From Chrysomallon squamiferum (Eukaryota > Animalia > Mollusca): a DNA stretch of 64,000 nt. The DNA lies in assembly GCA_012295275.1 (NCBI GenBank), contig CM022677.1, forward strand, positions 13,764,001-13,828,000, given 5' to 3'. Made by a program: the position numbers and the translations under genes. A model generated the notes under the pieces. That model searched no databases. It saw only the letters and a program-made list of their open reading frames with translations, and was not told the origin of the DNA. Below are positions 26,932 to 40,749 of this stretch, piece by piece (the first letter of the stretch is position 1; every line of letters begins with the position of its first letter).

Positions 26932-27874
26932 TTAAAATAAACTAAATGCACGCTCTATATTTCCCAAAATACAGGTATTCTCTATAATCTATGTTCTTAC
27001 TTGAAATTATCATTTTAATCTGTAGTGTAATATAATTTATGAAGTTCTGCTTTTAGTAGAAGGTAAGAACATAGAGAAAGGTACAGATCAATAATGTTGT
27101 CTAAAACTGTTTGAGATGTAAAGGAAAAGTCGAGTGGGCGCGAGGTTAGACTGATACATTTTTTATTTATTTACAAACTATGACACGGTCATATCAACAT
27201 TTTTTATTCTATATCTATCTATCTATCCACATATATATCTATCTTTCTATTAGTCTATAATCTCTTGTTGGTTTATCTATCCGTTGAACAAAAATGCATC
27301 AAATCATCTCTGATTCCTTTCCCTGCATCCAGCATGTCCGTCAGTTTACAGCTAAATGTAATTCATCCTGATCTCTGTATCTGTATGTGTCTCTGTGTCT
27401 GATGAACATCAGTCTTAATTTTCAGCACCTTCTTTTGTACAGTATAATAAAAATAAGAAGTAATTTCAATACCCATCCACAGCTCGATTTGTAGACGTAA
27501 GAGATTATTGTAAAGAGACGGACAGGACGTATCTCGGTGGCCTTGAACAACGTAGACGTTCCCGTTGTAACTAAACATAGATTACTGGTGACAAATGAAA
27601 ACAGCTACTGAAATAATTCAAGTAAAATTAACTGATCATTTTTCCATTTCTCAACCCTTTGTTAGCTTTCTTTACATTTGTTGTTAAACATTTAAACTTC
27701 TGTTCATGTTATAGCAAGTGAATTACAAATTTTCCTGCAATAAAAATAAATACGTTAAATATAAGAAATATTGGAAGGTGTTCACTTCCAAGACAAAATA
27801 AAAACTAAAAGGTAGATCATTAACATCATCATAAAAATGTTTTAGACAGTCTACATGATTTATTTTAATAAGTA

Positions 27875-27940
<66 letters not shown>

Positions 27941-28603
27941 AGATGATGATAATGATAAATGAATACATTAATTAATTAATAATGTTCTTCTATATTGCCT
28001 ATATTACCACTAGTATATATATATAATAAAAAAAAACAAAAAAACTGCACTTTTGCGAAGGGGGACAACTGTAACAGAACATTCGATCGACACAACATCA
28101 TTCAATGATGCGAACTTTTTGATAGAAAAAAAAGCAGTTTAATAAGGATATTGTTATATTTGGCGACATGCATTTTTGTTTATACAAAATATGATACAAA
28201 ATATGATGGTGTAGCAGCCAGTGCGGTAGTGTTTTTCTAAAATAATGTTTTTAGAGGTTACAGATAGATATTTAGAGATATAAAAAAAAGGATATTATGT
28301 AAACAGTTTTTGAAATGTTTTAAAAACATTTATAAATGCATTGTTCTAGAAGTTTATTTCTGTACAATCCCGAATGCTTCTGTATTCAATTTTAAAAAGT
28401 TGTATGCAGATGAATAAATGTTTAGTAAAAAACAGAGGAAAACTAGCGAATTGGACTTAAAGTTCAACCGAAGCAGATTAAATAAATTCGAATGAAATTA
28501 GAAAATTATTATTTTTGACAATAAAATAAAATTCCTAAGCCAACGCGTTTTCTAATTCTAAGTATATGCATAAACACATAAAAAAACAATCACATATAAA
28601 TAA

Positions 28604-28617
28604 TGTGTGTGAGTGTG

Positions 28618-28648
<31 letters not shown>

Positions 28649-28649
28649 T

Positions 28650-28688
<39 letters not shown>

Positions 28689-28759
28689 GTGTGTGTGTGT
28701 GTGTGTAGGTGTGTGTGTGTGTGTGTGTGTGTAGGTGTGTGTATAGGTGTGTGTGTGTG
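28604..28759. repeat. Interrupted (GT)n microsatellite
   Basis: Direct reading. Confidence 0.95.
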
Positions 28760-28844
28760 GATATTTTGACGTAGATAACAACTGCTGAAATCTCTACGTC
28801 TATAGCCCATTTTGCATTCACTATTTCCCATTCTTTTTCTAAGG

Positions 28845-29500
28845 CTGATTACTTTTTTGTTTGACGTTTGAAGAATCTTATACAGAATTGGTGTAATTGC
28901 AACGAAACAGTTGCTTAAAGTATTTCATTTTGTGAAGCAGACAGGTCGTACTATTTATTATTATAGTTGTTAATGAGTTTGGATTTTTGCTATTTGATTT
29001 AAGTATAATTTAAACGTCACAGCCACCTGATTCGGAAATAATATTTATTTATTTATTATTTATTTTATAATTATATATATATATTTTGTTTTCTTTAAAT
29101 AACTACACTCGATTAATCACAAAATTCGCCAGTGTGTGTACTAATGTGAATAGCATAAACAAGAAATGTTTTACCAATCACTGTGTGGCCAGTAATTAAA
29201 TTTGTTTTAAAAGAAATTGACTTGTGTAGCACACACCAAAATAAACACACAACTATGTATTTATTTATTTATTTTATTATTATTATTTTTTAACATACTA
29301 ATAAAACTTTTTTAACCATATTAAAGTATATAATGGGTGGGGCCCTAAATTCTTTCATATTATTAAAGCTAAATACCTGTATAGTTCTATGTTAACGCTA
29401 AAAAACCTATAAAGATGAATACAAATTTAAGAAAAATATGACCAGGTTATTTCATATGTAGACATTGTAAAATATTAATACAATTATTTGTTATAATAAT

Positions 29501-29510
<10 letters not shown>
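28845..29510 (+). repeat. Dispersed direct repeat copy 1 (partner 33675-34515)
   Basis: Colinear similarity from GTTTGAAGAAT..TACAGAATTGGTGTAAT through GACCAGGTTATTT.ATATGTAGA. Confidence 0.9.
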
Positions 29511-29543
<33 letters not shown>

Positions 29544-29997
29544 ATTTGAAATCATAATCACAAAAGATATTAATACACTGTACAGTCTCATGCACAAAAC
29601 ATTACTAAAATGATTCTTTTTTGAAGTAGGTGTCTTATTGTTTGACTGATGTATAAGATACAACGTGAACTAAAACAGGATACAACTCAAATCTGTCATG
29701 TTGACTTATGTCTTCAACACAGTGAGATCTCCTAAAAAAGAAAAACATTTTATGACATTAAGTTGAGTCATTGTAATAGTTTATGCATCATGCTTAAAAA
29801 TTCTGTAGGGCTTTAGAAAGCATCATTTTGATATAAAACATGTATACTGGTTTGAAACTGTATGAGATATTCAGTGTTCTGTTTGCCAAAAGACTGAAAT
29901 GAATCTCAGATTTTCCACAGATTACGAAGGAAAAATAACTGCAAATTTTATTCAGATAATAATAAACATCATTCATATTTTGTTGTCATTTTAATCT

Positions 29998-30032
<35 letters not shown>

Positions 30033-30778
30033 CTTTTTTGTCATTATGTAGTTATAAGTAATATAATTTAAAGGATAATTATATTGTTGATTACATATCT
30101 GCTAAATATAATTACATAATAATTTCAATGAAAAGCAAAATATAAGTGATTACTCTGTTGATTGATCAATAAAAATTCAGCAAAATTTCTCAAAAAAATA
30201 AAAATTACACTCGAGTCTTGTGACAAGATTCTACATCGTATTGTTTAATAATTCATTTTCGATTATCTGCCCTTGAAAACTTTCCATAAAGCAGACGACG
30301 AAACATTTTACAAACTAAATTACAAACATATACTCCAACGTACATAAAGAATTTAAAAAAAGCAAACACATTTCAAAAAATTAATATTCTACCATTATAT
30401 AAAGGTATACCAGTATATATGAAGAAATCAACTGAAACGAATATAGCTGTATAATGAGTAACAAATGTAAATGTGTAGGTATCTTCCAGGAATATCAATT
30501 TGCATACTATAAACAATACACGTATCTATTATTATTTGATAAATAATAAAATATAAACAACAAAAATAAAAACAGTGGACACTGTCAAAACCGCATTCTT
30601 CATTGAGACCAACGTGATATACCGTTTTAGACAGAGAGCTTTTTCTAAAGATTAAAATAACATAAAACTGGAATATTTTTATTATTACAAATATTAATGG
30701 TCTATCAGTTGTCAGAGGATAAACAGTCTGTCATTGATGACTGCTTTTTTTTTTTGGGGGGGTGTGTGCTTTTTTTAG

Positions 30779-31420
30779 TTAGGTTTTTTTTCGTATTTCT
30801 TTGTCTGTCATGGCCTCCAAGTTTAACATTAATTGCAGAATCTCTTCTTTAGCAGGCTTAAGAATTAGAAGCGGATTTTTGATATTGTTATGGTAGCGAC
30901 ATTTCAAACGATGTCGCTGTCGTAATTTAATAACGTCTTCACCACGACAGAGAGCATCGAAAGTTGTTTTTTCTTTAACTCTGCCATTTTTTCTCTTTTC
31001 TTCCCTAAGTTTTGATATACATGAATACTTTTTTCTTCTGTTCGGAGCACATTCTAGTCCACGAGCTAACATTAACTGTTCATTTGTCAAATTTAAAACT
31101 TGTTCTATCTGTCCCGCTAATTCTCTACCGTGTATGTCATAGTCATGAAGTTCTAACCGAGATACGTTCGGAATTTTTTCTGTTCTTACTTTCTCGAGAC
31201 TTATCGTCATCCAGACATAAACATATTTGTAATTTTTCATTTTTTATGCAAGGCGACCTAATTGATAACAGTCTTCTGCTGATAATCTCTGTATATATCG
31301 TTCATATATAAAACCGTCTGCTAATCTTGTCACATTTAATTTGTACGTGTCTTGAAGTCGAAACAGAGCTGCAGCGGCCCCTTTTAAATCTTCGTAACTT
31401 GGAAGATGTTCACGGATTTC
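30779..31420 (-). pseudogene. P4HA: Prolyl 4-hydroxylase alpha subunit pseudogene fragment (N-terminal/PSB region, intronless, probable retrocopy)
   Basis: One frame reads EHLPSYEDLKGAAAALFRLQDTYKL...LSAEDCYQLGRLA*KMKNY..VWM...FDALCRGE...LKCRY...PLLILKPAKEEIL...MTDKEI, all hallmark P4HA motifs. An in-frame TAA at 31244-31246 replaces the conserved Tyr. No catalytic 2OG-Fe(II) domain follows. Confidence 0.9.
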
Positions 31421-31550
31421 TTATATTAATAATTTGTTTATGCCAGAATAAATAACATACAGACAAAAAAGAAAACAAAAACACTCCTCAAGAAAAAAAA
31501 AAAAAAAAAAAAAAGATTAAAATGTGCATTACAGCTGTCATTTAGAAGTG

Positions 31551-31643
31551 GCGCACTTCTTAAGTTATGAAGATTTTGAAGTGTTGTCTGCAGTTGTTCT
31601 GTTTCTTCTTCAAAACACGTACAAATTAGATGTCACTACTTCT
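31551..31643 (+). pseudogene. P4HA: Short inverted, diverged P4HA fragment
   Basis: Translates as AHFLSYEDFEVLSAVVLFLLQNTYKLDVTT, versus EHLPSYEDLKGAAAALFRLQDTYKLNVTR in the minus-strand copy. Confidence 0.75.
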
Positions 31644-31702
31644 TAATCGTTTATGCAAACTCGCCATGTTAAGACATTTTATGACATTTCTATTTTTTAT
31701 TA

Positions 31703-32575
31703 CCGTATATACTTGTGTATAAGTCGAATTTTTGGGAGACTATATTAAGGTAATATTTTGGGAGTCGACTTATACATAGGAGATAATGCTTTTGTAGCTG
31801 TTGCTGAAGAGTCGCCATTTTGACTATTTTTTGCTACGGGATGCATCTAAAATAATCGCGGTCTTTCAGCTTTTCAAAAATATAATTTTATCGTATAAAC
31901 AATTTGGAAAAATTAAATAACAAAACCAAATATGAATGTAAAACATGATATTCTTCCGTTTAATGACATAAAAATACATTTTAAAGCGAGAAAACCGTCA
32001 GTACGGCGTTATGCCTTACGGCGTCTTGCAATGATCTAGGAATGCAGACTTCTCTGCCAAATTGCACTAAATATCGGTCCTAATTTCATAAACAAAACTC
32101 ACTTGTGTAATTGTAAAGAATTTGGTGAAATAATATTGCAATCGTCATTAATCGAAAACAAACTAAATTTCTATAAACGTTCTGCAACAAAAATCAGTTC
32201 AACTTCTCGCCATATTTGTTATTCTAGTCGGTTGCCAAGTGCGCGAAGCCTCGGCCAATTAGCGCGCTAGGAATAGGATCGGGGGCGTGTCTTGTAGCAG
32301 AGTTTCGATAGAAAAAAATATTGCTGAGGTTCCGAAATTATCTTACTTTGAATTGCACGTGCAAGTTACAGCTCGTGCAAGTTATGTTACAGTAGGCGTA
32401 CAATGTAGGCCTTCATGGCACTGTGACACTGGTCTAAAAATAGTGACGGTGCCTGGAATCTACAGTCGACTTATACACAAGTAATACCTAAAATACACAA
32501 GTAATGACGCAATTTTTGGTCTTAAAATACACATCGACTTATACATAAGGTCGCCTTGTACACAAGTATATACGG
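31703..32575. mobile_element. Non-autonomous Tc1/mariner-superfamily (Tc2/pogo-like) MITE, 873 bp
   Basis: TIR CCGTATATACTTGTGTA(T/C)AAG at both ends (31703 onward and up to 32575). TA target-site duplication at 31701-02 and 32576-77. Subterminal TCGACTTATACA motifs. No transposase ORF. Confidence 0.9.
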
Positions 32576-32764
32576 TATGTTATTCCACATTTTTTATTTT
32601 TTTATTTTATTTTATGAAGATGTTTGAATAAATGTCAGTTTTAATTGATACAAAATGTTTTTATCCAGAATCATTACAGTTTATTTCATTTCTATTTTTC
32701 TTTTTCTTTTTCATTATTTCTCTCTGTAGCGGACCTTTTTCTGCGAAATATGAAGAATATCCTC

Positions 32765-33120
32765 TTAAGTAAATAAATACTGTATTGTGATATTAGCAGT
32801 ATTAAGTAAATAAATACTGAAGAGAAAAAATGATATTAGCAGTATTAAGTAAATAAATACTGTACAGTAACGTGACATTAGCAGTGTTAACTAAATAAAC
32901 ACTGTATAGTAACGTGATATTAGCAGTATTAAGTAAATAAATACTGTACAGTAACGTGATAGTAGCAGTATTAAGTAAATAAATACTGAACCGTAACGTA
33001 ATAGTAGCAGAAATTAAGCAAAATAAATATGTACAGTAACGCGATATTAAGTAAATAAAAACTGTGACGTGATATTAGTAGTATTAAGTAAAGAAATACT
33101 GTACAGTGACGTGTGATATT
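32765..33120. repeat. ~41-bp minisatellite (GATATTAGCAGTATTAAGTAAATAAATACTGTACAGTAACGT), ~8-9 copies
   Basis: Direct reading. Confidence 0.9.
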
Positions 33121-33674
33121 AACCAAGACGTTAATACTGGAACGACGGCCACATTACTAGAAATCACAATAATGTATTTGAAGAGGTGATTCGCCCGCTA
33201 AAGAATAATGAGAAGGACTCTAGAAAGCTAGAAACAACGCCGTTACGACGGCAACGATGGTGATATTGATAGAAATGGTATAATACATTTTAGAATAGGA
33301 TATCAAACATTGGTAAATTCCTGCACAATAATAAGCAACTTGTAGTGTGAATTGTAAGTTTTGTGATTTTATTTGGTTTATTTTATTTTATTTTATTTTA
33401 TTAATATAAATAAGAAGAAGAAAGAAAAAGTAGGGGAAAAAAAAAAAAAAACACCGTTTATTTGAAGTTAACGGTCAACGATTGGCTAATAATAAGATAA
33501 AAAAAATATAAATAAATAAATAAAATAATATATTTTAATAAAGTTTGTGATGTTCCTTTATTTTATTTATTTGTTTTGAACATTATTTTAATTTTGTTTT
33601 TTTTTTTTATTTTTTTTTTTTTTGTGCGGGATTGTATATGCAGAAAAATGCGGGATGATTGTCGGACTTTACGG

Positions 33675-34515
33675 ATTTACTTTTTTTATTTAATGTTTGA
33701 AGAATTTTCTACAGAATTGGTGTAATCGCATTAAAACAGTTGTTTAAAGTATTTCATTTTGTGAAGGAGACAGGTATTACTATTTATTATTATAAATGTT
33801 AATGTGTTTGGATTTTTTCGTTTTATTTAATTATAATTTAAAAGTAACAGACAACTGATGGCAGCCATATTATTTTTGAGAACAACATTTATTTATTTAT
33901 TTATTTATAATTTTTTCAAATAACGACACTCGATTAATAATAACATTCACCAGTGGTTGTACTAATGTGAACAACATAAACAACGTCATGATGTATCAGC
34001 AAATTTTGAGTGGCCAGTAATTAAATTTGTTTTAAAATAAAATTGACAAAGAAACACCACACAACAAGTCACAGAGAATTTAAAATTATTATTATTATTA
34101 TTGTTATTGTTCTTGTTATTATTTATTTTTTTTCTAATTTTTTTTTTTTTTTTATTTATTATTATTATTTTTTGTTGTTGTTGTTGAAATAAACTAATAA
34201 AACTATTAAAAGAAAATATGCTAATTTTGTTTGACAGGTTGTTTTCAGTCAGTTTATTTATGATTTATTATTTTTAAAGATTTAGGTTAAATTGCTGACT
34301 TGCTCTATAATTATTAAACATATTAAACTTTATAATGGGTGGGTCCCTAAATGCTTTCATATTATTTAAGCTAAATACCTGTATCGCTCTATGTTAACAC
34401 TAAAAACAAATAAAGATGAATACAAATTTAAGAAATACATGACCAGGTTATTTTATATGTAGATGATGCTATAAAATATTAATAAAATTATTTATAAAAA
34501 AAATATTTAACACAC
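33675..34515 (+). repeat. Dispersed direct repeat copy 2 (partner 28845-29510)
   Basis: See copy 1. This copy carries extra AT-rich sequence. Confidence 0.9.
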
Positions 34516-35738
34516 AAATAAACACTCAAATAATTTGTTATCCTGTTCTTTGTTTCTCTTCTTTTCTTAATGGTCAATTTTAATTTATTTATTTACACTT
34601 TGTTTTCTTTTGTTGTAATTCCTTCTTTTTCATCTTCTTATTCTCTTATTATTATTACTACTTTTTATTATTATTATTATGTTTTATTTTTATTATTATT
34701 ATTTTTTGTGATCTTTATTATTATTATCCATTTTATTTTTCATTACTAATATTTTTTATTTTTTATGTTTTCTAGGTCATGTGGAGAAAATGTTCCAAAT
34801 TAATTTAAAGAATGGTTCTGTAAAAAAATCAGATGTGAGTGAAATATTTTATAAATTTCTCATCCAGCTACACAATCATTGATCAGTATCATACTGTAGA
34901 GTGCAAGTGCTGCTGGAATACTATAATATGATATATCGATGGTTTACATGTATCAACAGGAACAAGAAGAAAAGGGCAGAGCACCATTGAAGTCTGCTTT
35001 TTTGTGAAATCAAGCTGATGCTGGTAAAAACACTTCATCTGCTACTCTGCGAAACCAAAAACTAGGCAGATGACTGCGATGGCAAAGACAACAGCCAGGA
35101 AATTGAGCAGCAGGTAACATCTGAGCTTGCCGCTTGGAGAATGAAGCTGGATGAGAAGATAAAGAAAAGAGAGAGAAGAAAACAAAGGCTGTAGCTGCAG
35201 CAGAACAAGGTGAGACTCAGGAAGGCAGCGTTCATGAGAGTGATGTCTCACCACATTGACAGTTCGAAGGACCGAGCTAGTCCTGTACCTGATTCAGACA
35301 AGACAATTCCAAGTTGCAAGTTTTTTATCTTATTTTTATTTCTTAGCAAATAAAATAAGTTTTATAGTAACAACTCTTTACTGATTGTAAATTAGCATAA
35401 TAATAATCATTTGTTTTGTTAATTATTTAAATTATTATCATTATTATCATTATTATCATTATCATTATAATGATTATACAAAGTATATCAAAAATATCAC
35501 ACATCCCTTTGTGTCTGAATAATCCAGTAACTGATAACAGTAAAATTTAAATAATAACAGAAACATTAGTTATTTATTTTTAACAATTTATTATTTTTAT
35601 TAGTTTATTTGTATTTTTATTTCCAGAATACACATACAGCTCTAATTGATGTGCTGATGTTGGCTAGTGAAGTTGTTTCAGTACAAGGTGGTGTCCAGCA
35701 CTGAGGATAAAGTTTGGTGCCACTGGAATTATTCTAAA

Positions 35739-35770
<32 letters not shown>

Positions 35771-38724
35771 TCTCTGTCTCTGTATCTGTCTCTGTCTGTC
35801 TGTCTGATAGATACCAGATACATATAGACACACTAGAAAGATAAATAAATAAATTACTGTTGTTTTTCAGAAACTGCTCTGTACACAAGAAGAGCTAATT
35901 TAGTGAGTCACCACAGGGTAGAAATGTCATCAAAGAATATGGCAGAACAGGAGGATCTATAGAGGTTGTTGTTATAGTAGTAGTATTAGTCATTACCTTG
36001 TTGTAGTAATGTAGTTGTTACAGCATTAATACTTGTAGCAGTATTAATAATAAACTACTTGTTGTAGTAATGTTGTAAAATGTTTGTGTTGTTTTAGCTG
36101 ATGTCCATAGCTGTGTAATAGTAATGTATCTTGTGAGACTCATGGTGATTAAAAAAACTGTTTGTAGTCAAATTACTGGTTGTAATGGTAGTAGTAGCAG
36201 TACTAATAGCAGTTGTTTTCAGAGAAATTGTTATGATAAATGTAACAAGAAGAGTTGTGTAATAGCAGCAATAGTGGTAGTAATAGTAGTCATAGTTGTT
36301 GTTGTAGTAATTATAATAATATTAGTATAAAGAAATAAAGGCTTAGGACTAATAATGAAGAGAGCAAAAAAATATCACTTTTATTATTAATGGATAGTAA
36401 TTTTAGTAATAGGAGTATTATTTTAATAACAGTAACCCTAGTTGAATAAGGAATAATAGTAAATATTAGTTATAGTAATGATGGTAATAAAAGTAGCATG
36501 TTGTGTTGCAGTAAATGCAATAGTAGCAGTATTTTATTTATTTATTTATTTATTTACTCAAACTAGGCAGTGCACCCACCAATGTGACTCTGACTCAGAG
36601 TTGTTCAAAGTTCTGCTGATGAAGAGCTCAATTTTGGTGACCTGGACATTGAAGCTGACCACATCAGACTACAACAATTCTTAAGTTGGAGAGTCTTACA
36701 CCAGGTCACCAATCTCAACAGTCAAATATCAGGGAGAAAAAACTTGAATGTGCTAAAACCAGGCAAAGATAAACATTAAAGTGAAATCTCTTTCTGGTTT
36801 TGCAGGTGATTTTGAGAAAAAAAACCTGAAGATGACAAATTCTTCTGATACTGTTACTAGCCAGTCAGAGGAATTCAATCAAACAGAAAACTGTTCTGAA
36901 GTAAGAGGTCTCGATATCTTTTATAATAATAACTAATAATAACATTATTTGGGCAACCGTTTCTTTCGTTCCATATGTTTTAAAACAAGAGCCACTAATA
37001 ATTATTTTATGGGAAATATTTATTTCACACAGACTTAGTTAAAATGATAGAATTCTCTTTATTTTGTTCTCAGTAATTCACACCTATATCCAGATAAATA
37101 AAGTCAGTATTAAAACATTGTTAAAGTATAATTCATAATAATTTTTCCATGACTGAAATTTTTCTTCCCAAAGATATTTTTATTGTGCAAATTAATCAAA
37201 TGCTCCTAGCCTGAAATAGGTAAAAAAAATAGTAATTTAAATAATGTACGTTAAGATTAGAATGATAAACTTGATGCTTATTTTTATTTATTGTTATTTT
37301 AGTTTTCTTTTATTAATTTTTCTTTCTATATTTGTTTATTTATCTGCATTATTTTGTTCATTTATTCTTTTTCTTTTTTTATCAGCTGGATGACTTCCTC
37401 ATTCAGGATTCAAATCTGTTAACTTTAATAAACAGATTTGTAGGTGATAAAAGTTCAGTTCAGATCAAGATAACACTTCAGCATTTTAATCACTGCAGTT
37501 TTGTGTTAGAATAATATACATAAACTAGTTGATGAACTGAATGATATTCACAGATAATGTTTATTTTTTAAGAATTTATTCAGCTGTAATTTAATGTTAT
37601 AAAAATAAATATATCTTTTTTCTTAAATATAACAAAAAGATCTGTAGGTATAAAGGACTTTTTTATGGTTTGAATTAATTATATCATCACATTTTAAAAT
37701 GTTAAATATTTGTAATTAATTGGAATTCTCTTGATCTTTTGGGATTAAAAGATTATTATTGTGGATAAATTTATTGTTGTAGCCAGATTATTAACTTATA
37801 ATTTTAATCAAATCTAAAATTAGATGTATAGAATCAGTTCTAAGAATAGAATCAGTTCCAAAAAAGTAATGCAGCTTGTAATCAAAATGACTGAATTCAC
37901 ATACCTAGTGGAGAGTGATATTAACAGTTTGTTATTAGAACTGAAAAGCTTTGGTATCTATTAGTAAACTAATAAATAACAGAACTTATCAATTAGTTAT
38001 TTTTATAGGCTGGTGACAATGAATTCTTTTCAATTTACAGGTGGAAACTGTCAAGTCCATGTCAGATTTTGTATTTCTTTTAAACACTTGGTCAAAGACA
38101 GAGTTTTCAGATCTCACTCTCTCCCTTACAGTACAAGGCAGGTCAGTGCTGAAGATTCAGAGGAGAATTCACAATTTTATGGATTTCAGCTTTGAGAAAT
38201 ATTAGTGGTATTTTTGTATTATTATTATTATTACATTTTCATGTTATGTTTGTATTGCTTAACTTTAAAATATTTTGATCTAATCAGAGCATTCTTGTTT
38301 ACTATTGGAAAATCTTTCATAATGAAATATTTTCACATATTTTTATGAATTTAATTATAAAAAACATTTTTTTTTTTTAAATTGACCCGTATGTAAAATG
38401 TATAATGATACTTTTTTATAGATATATATTTTTTGTTTAAATTATTTGTGATTTATTATTAAAATCTATTACAATAAGAGAGACATGATGTTTATTTATA
38501 ATAATTTCTTTCTAACATTACAGACAATTAAACACAATGACAGTGCAAAAGCTATGTGTGTTTCTACATTACAAATTATAGAAGAAATGAAAATATGTGG
38601 AGCAATGATATTTACAGATAGACAACAAGCAGGTTCCAGCTTAATGTTATTTTCATAGACAATATTAGCAAGTTTAGAGCAACTATAAGTGATTTAAAGG
38701 AAAGGAGAGACGACTGACAGAGAT

Positions 38725-38924
38725 NNNNNNNNNNNNNNNNNNNNNNNNNNNNNNNNNNNNNNNNNNNNNNNNNNNNNNNNNNNNNNNNNNNNNNNNNNNN
38801 NNNNNNNNNNNNNNNNNNNNNNNNNNNNNNNNNNNNNNNNNNNNNNNNNNNNNNNNNNNNNNNNNNNNNNNNNNNNNNNNNNNNNNNNNNNNNNNNNNNN
38901 NNNNNNNNNNNNNNNNNNNNNNNN
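38725..38924. other. Assembly gap (200 N)
   Basis: Direct reading. A round-number gap is probably a scaffolding join of unknown true size. Confidence 0.99.
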
Positions 38925-39395
38925 GTAGTTCTACTTATTGTGTTGTGCTTTCTATTGTTAGTTAGTCTCACTTTCAGTGTGCACATCCTGTCTCAAGTTA
39001 ATGTAGTTCTACTTATTGTGTTGTGCTTTCTGTTGTTAGTTAGTCTCACTTTCAGTGTGCACATCCTGTCTCAAGTTACTGGTGTAGTTCTACTTATTGT
39101 GTTGTGCTTTCTATTGTTAGTTAGTCTCACTTTCAGTGTGCACATCCTGTCTCAAGTTAATGGTGTAGTTCTACTTATTGTGTTGTACTTTCAGTGTGCT
39201 TTCTCAAGTTACTTAGTTTAGTTCTGTGCACATCCTGTCTCAAGTTACTGGTGTAGTTCTACTTATTGTGTTGTCTTTCTGTTGTTAGTTAGTCTCATTT
39301 TCAGTGTGCACATCCTGTCTCAAGTTAATGTGTAGTTCTACTTATTGTGTTGCTCTTTCTATTGTTAGTTAGTCTCACTTTCAGTGTGTGCATCC
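38925..39395. repeat. ~79-81 bp minisatellite abutting the gap (GTAGTTCTACTTATTGTGTTGTGCTTTCT.TTGTTAGTTAGTCTCACTTTCAGTGTGCACATCCTGTCTCAAGTTA), ~6 copies, decaying rightwards
   Basis: Direct reading. Confidence 0.9.
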
Positions 39396-40584
39396 TCTGT
39401 TGAAATAGATTATTATTATTAACATTAATGTCGGTGACGTTACCGTCATACCAGTGTTATTCTTAATGTTTTCTTCTTGATCGTACTGGTGTATTCTGTT
39501 GTGCTTTCTATTAATAGTTACTGTCGCTTTCTGTGAGGAATATATTACTATTAATGTCGATGACGTTGCCATCATACCAGTGTTATTCTTAATGTTTTTG
39601 TGTATTTCTTGTTTTTATTTTTTCTTACTTGTGACAGGGCTAATCCTGTCTCACAATATAGTATTAGTCTTTATATCAGTGACGTAATGGCATCAGTTCT
39701 CATTGATACACTTGTCATCAGTTCTCATCCTGTCTCAAATGTATATTATTAGTATTTCTATTAATGCCTCCATCATTTCTGTCATATGTTCTGCTTGATG
39801 TTACAGGTGTACTTCTATTTGTTGTTTTGTTTTCTGTTAATTCTTCTAATAATTCAGTGTGCACATCTTATATTAAAATATATTATTAGTATTTCAATTA
39901 GAGTCACTTACTTTGCTGTCATAATGACATTGTTTCTAATGTTATTCATGTACTTCTCAGTATTCTTTAGTGCTTCCTATTAACTATTATTATTATTTTC
40001 TTAGAGTGTGTTTCCTATATTAAAGTATATTATGACATGTATTAATGTTATTCGTGAATTCTTATTATTCTTTAGTGCTTCCTATTAACTTTTATTATTA
40101 TTTTTATAGAGTGTGTTTCCTATATTAAAGTATATTATTACTATTTCTATTAAGGCAGCCATCGTTTCCATAGTACCTGTGATATGTATTAATGCTGTTT
40201 CTAATGTCATTCATGTACTTCTCATTATTCTCTATCTCTTTTTAATTAACTTCTATTTTTACTTTGTTAGTCTGCACATTCTATTTCAAAGTACATTATA
40301 CTTATTTATTAGTATTTAAAATGATATTATTTCTATTAATTGTGCCATCATAATAAAAATTGTAATTTTAAAAGACTGAATGTTTTTGTTTTTTTTACAA
40401 TTAGTATCATACAGAAGGTTGGTATTAAGTATTTACTTAGATGGATGTGAAAATTCCAGAAATAATTCCTTACAGACTGAGTCTTTGATACTTTTCACAA
40501 TGAGACACACAGTTTATTATTACCATCATTTTAATTTCATATTTTACTGTCAGGATTTGATTTATGATAGTCATATATATTTGT

Positions 40585-40656
40585 TATTATTATTATTGTT
40601 GTTGTTGTTACTGTTACTATTATTATTATTATTATTACTGTTATTGTTATTGTTAC

Positions 40657-40731
<75 letters not shown>
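40585..40731. repeat. (TTA)n/(TTG)n microsatellite
   Basis: Direct reading. Confidence 0.95.
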
Positions 40732-40733
<2 letters not shown>

Positions 40734-40749
40734 TAAATCTTTCTTTCAG

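Noticed and set aside
27363-27578. Minus-strand 71-aa ORF in a GC-richer patch
   Set aside because: No recognisable motif; I cannot tell an exon relic from a repeat fragment.
38612-39221. ORFs across the gap and hydrophobic repeat ORF 38940-39221
   Set aside because: Artefacts of the N-run and the ~80-bp minisatellite.
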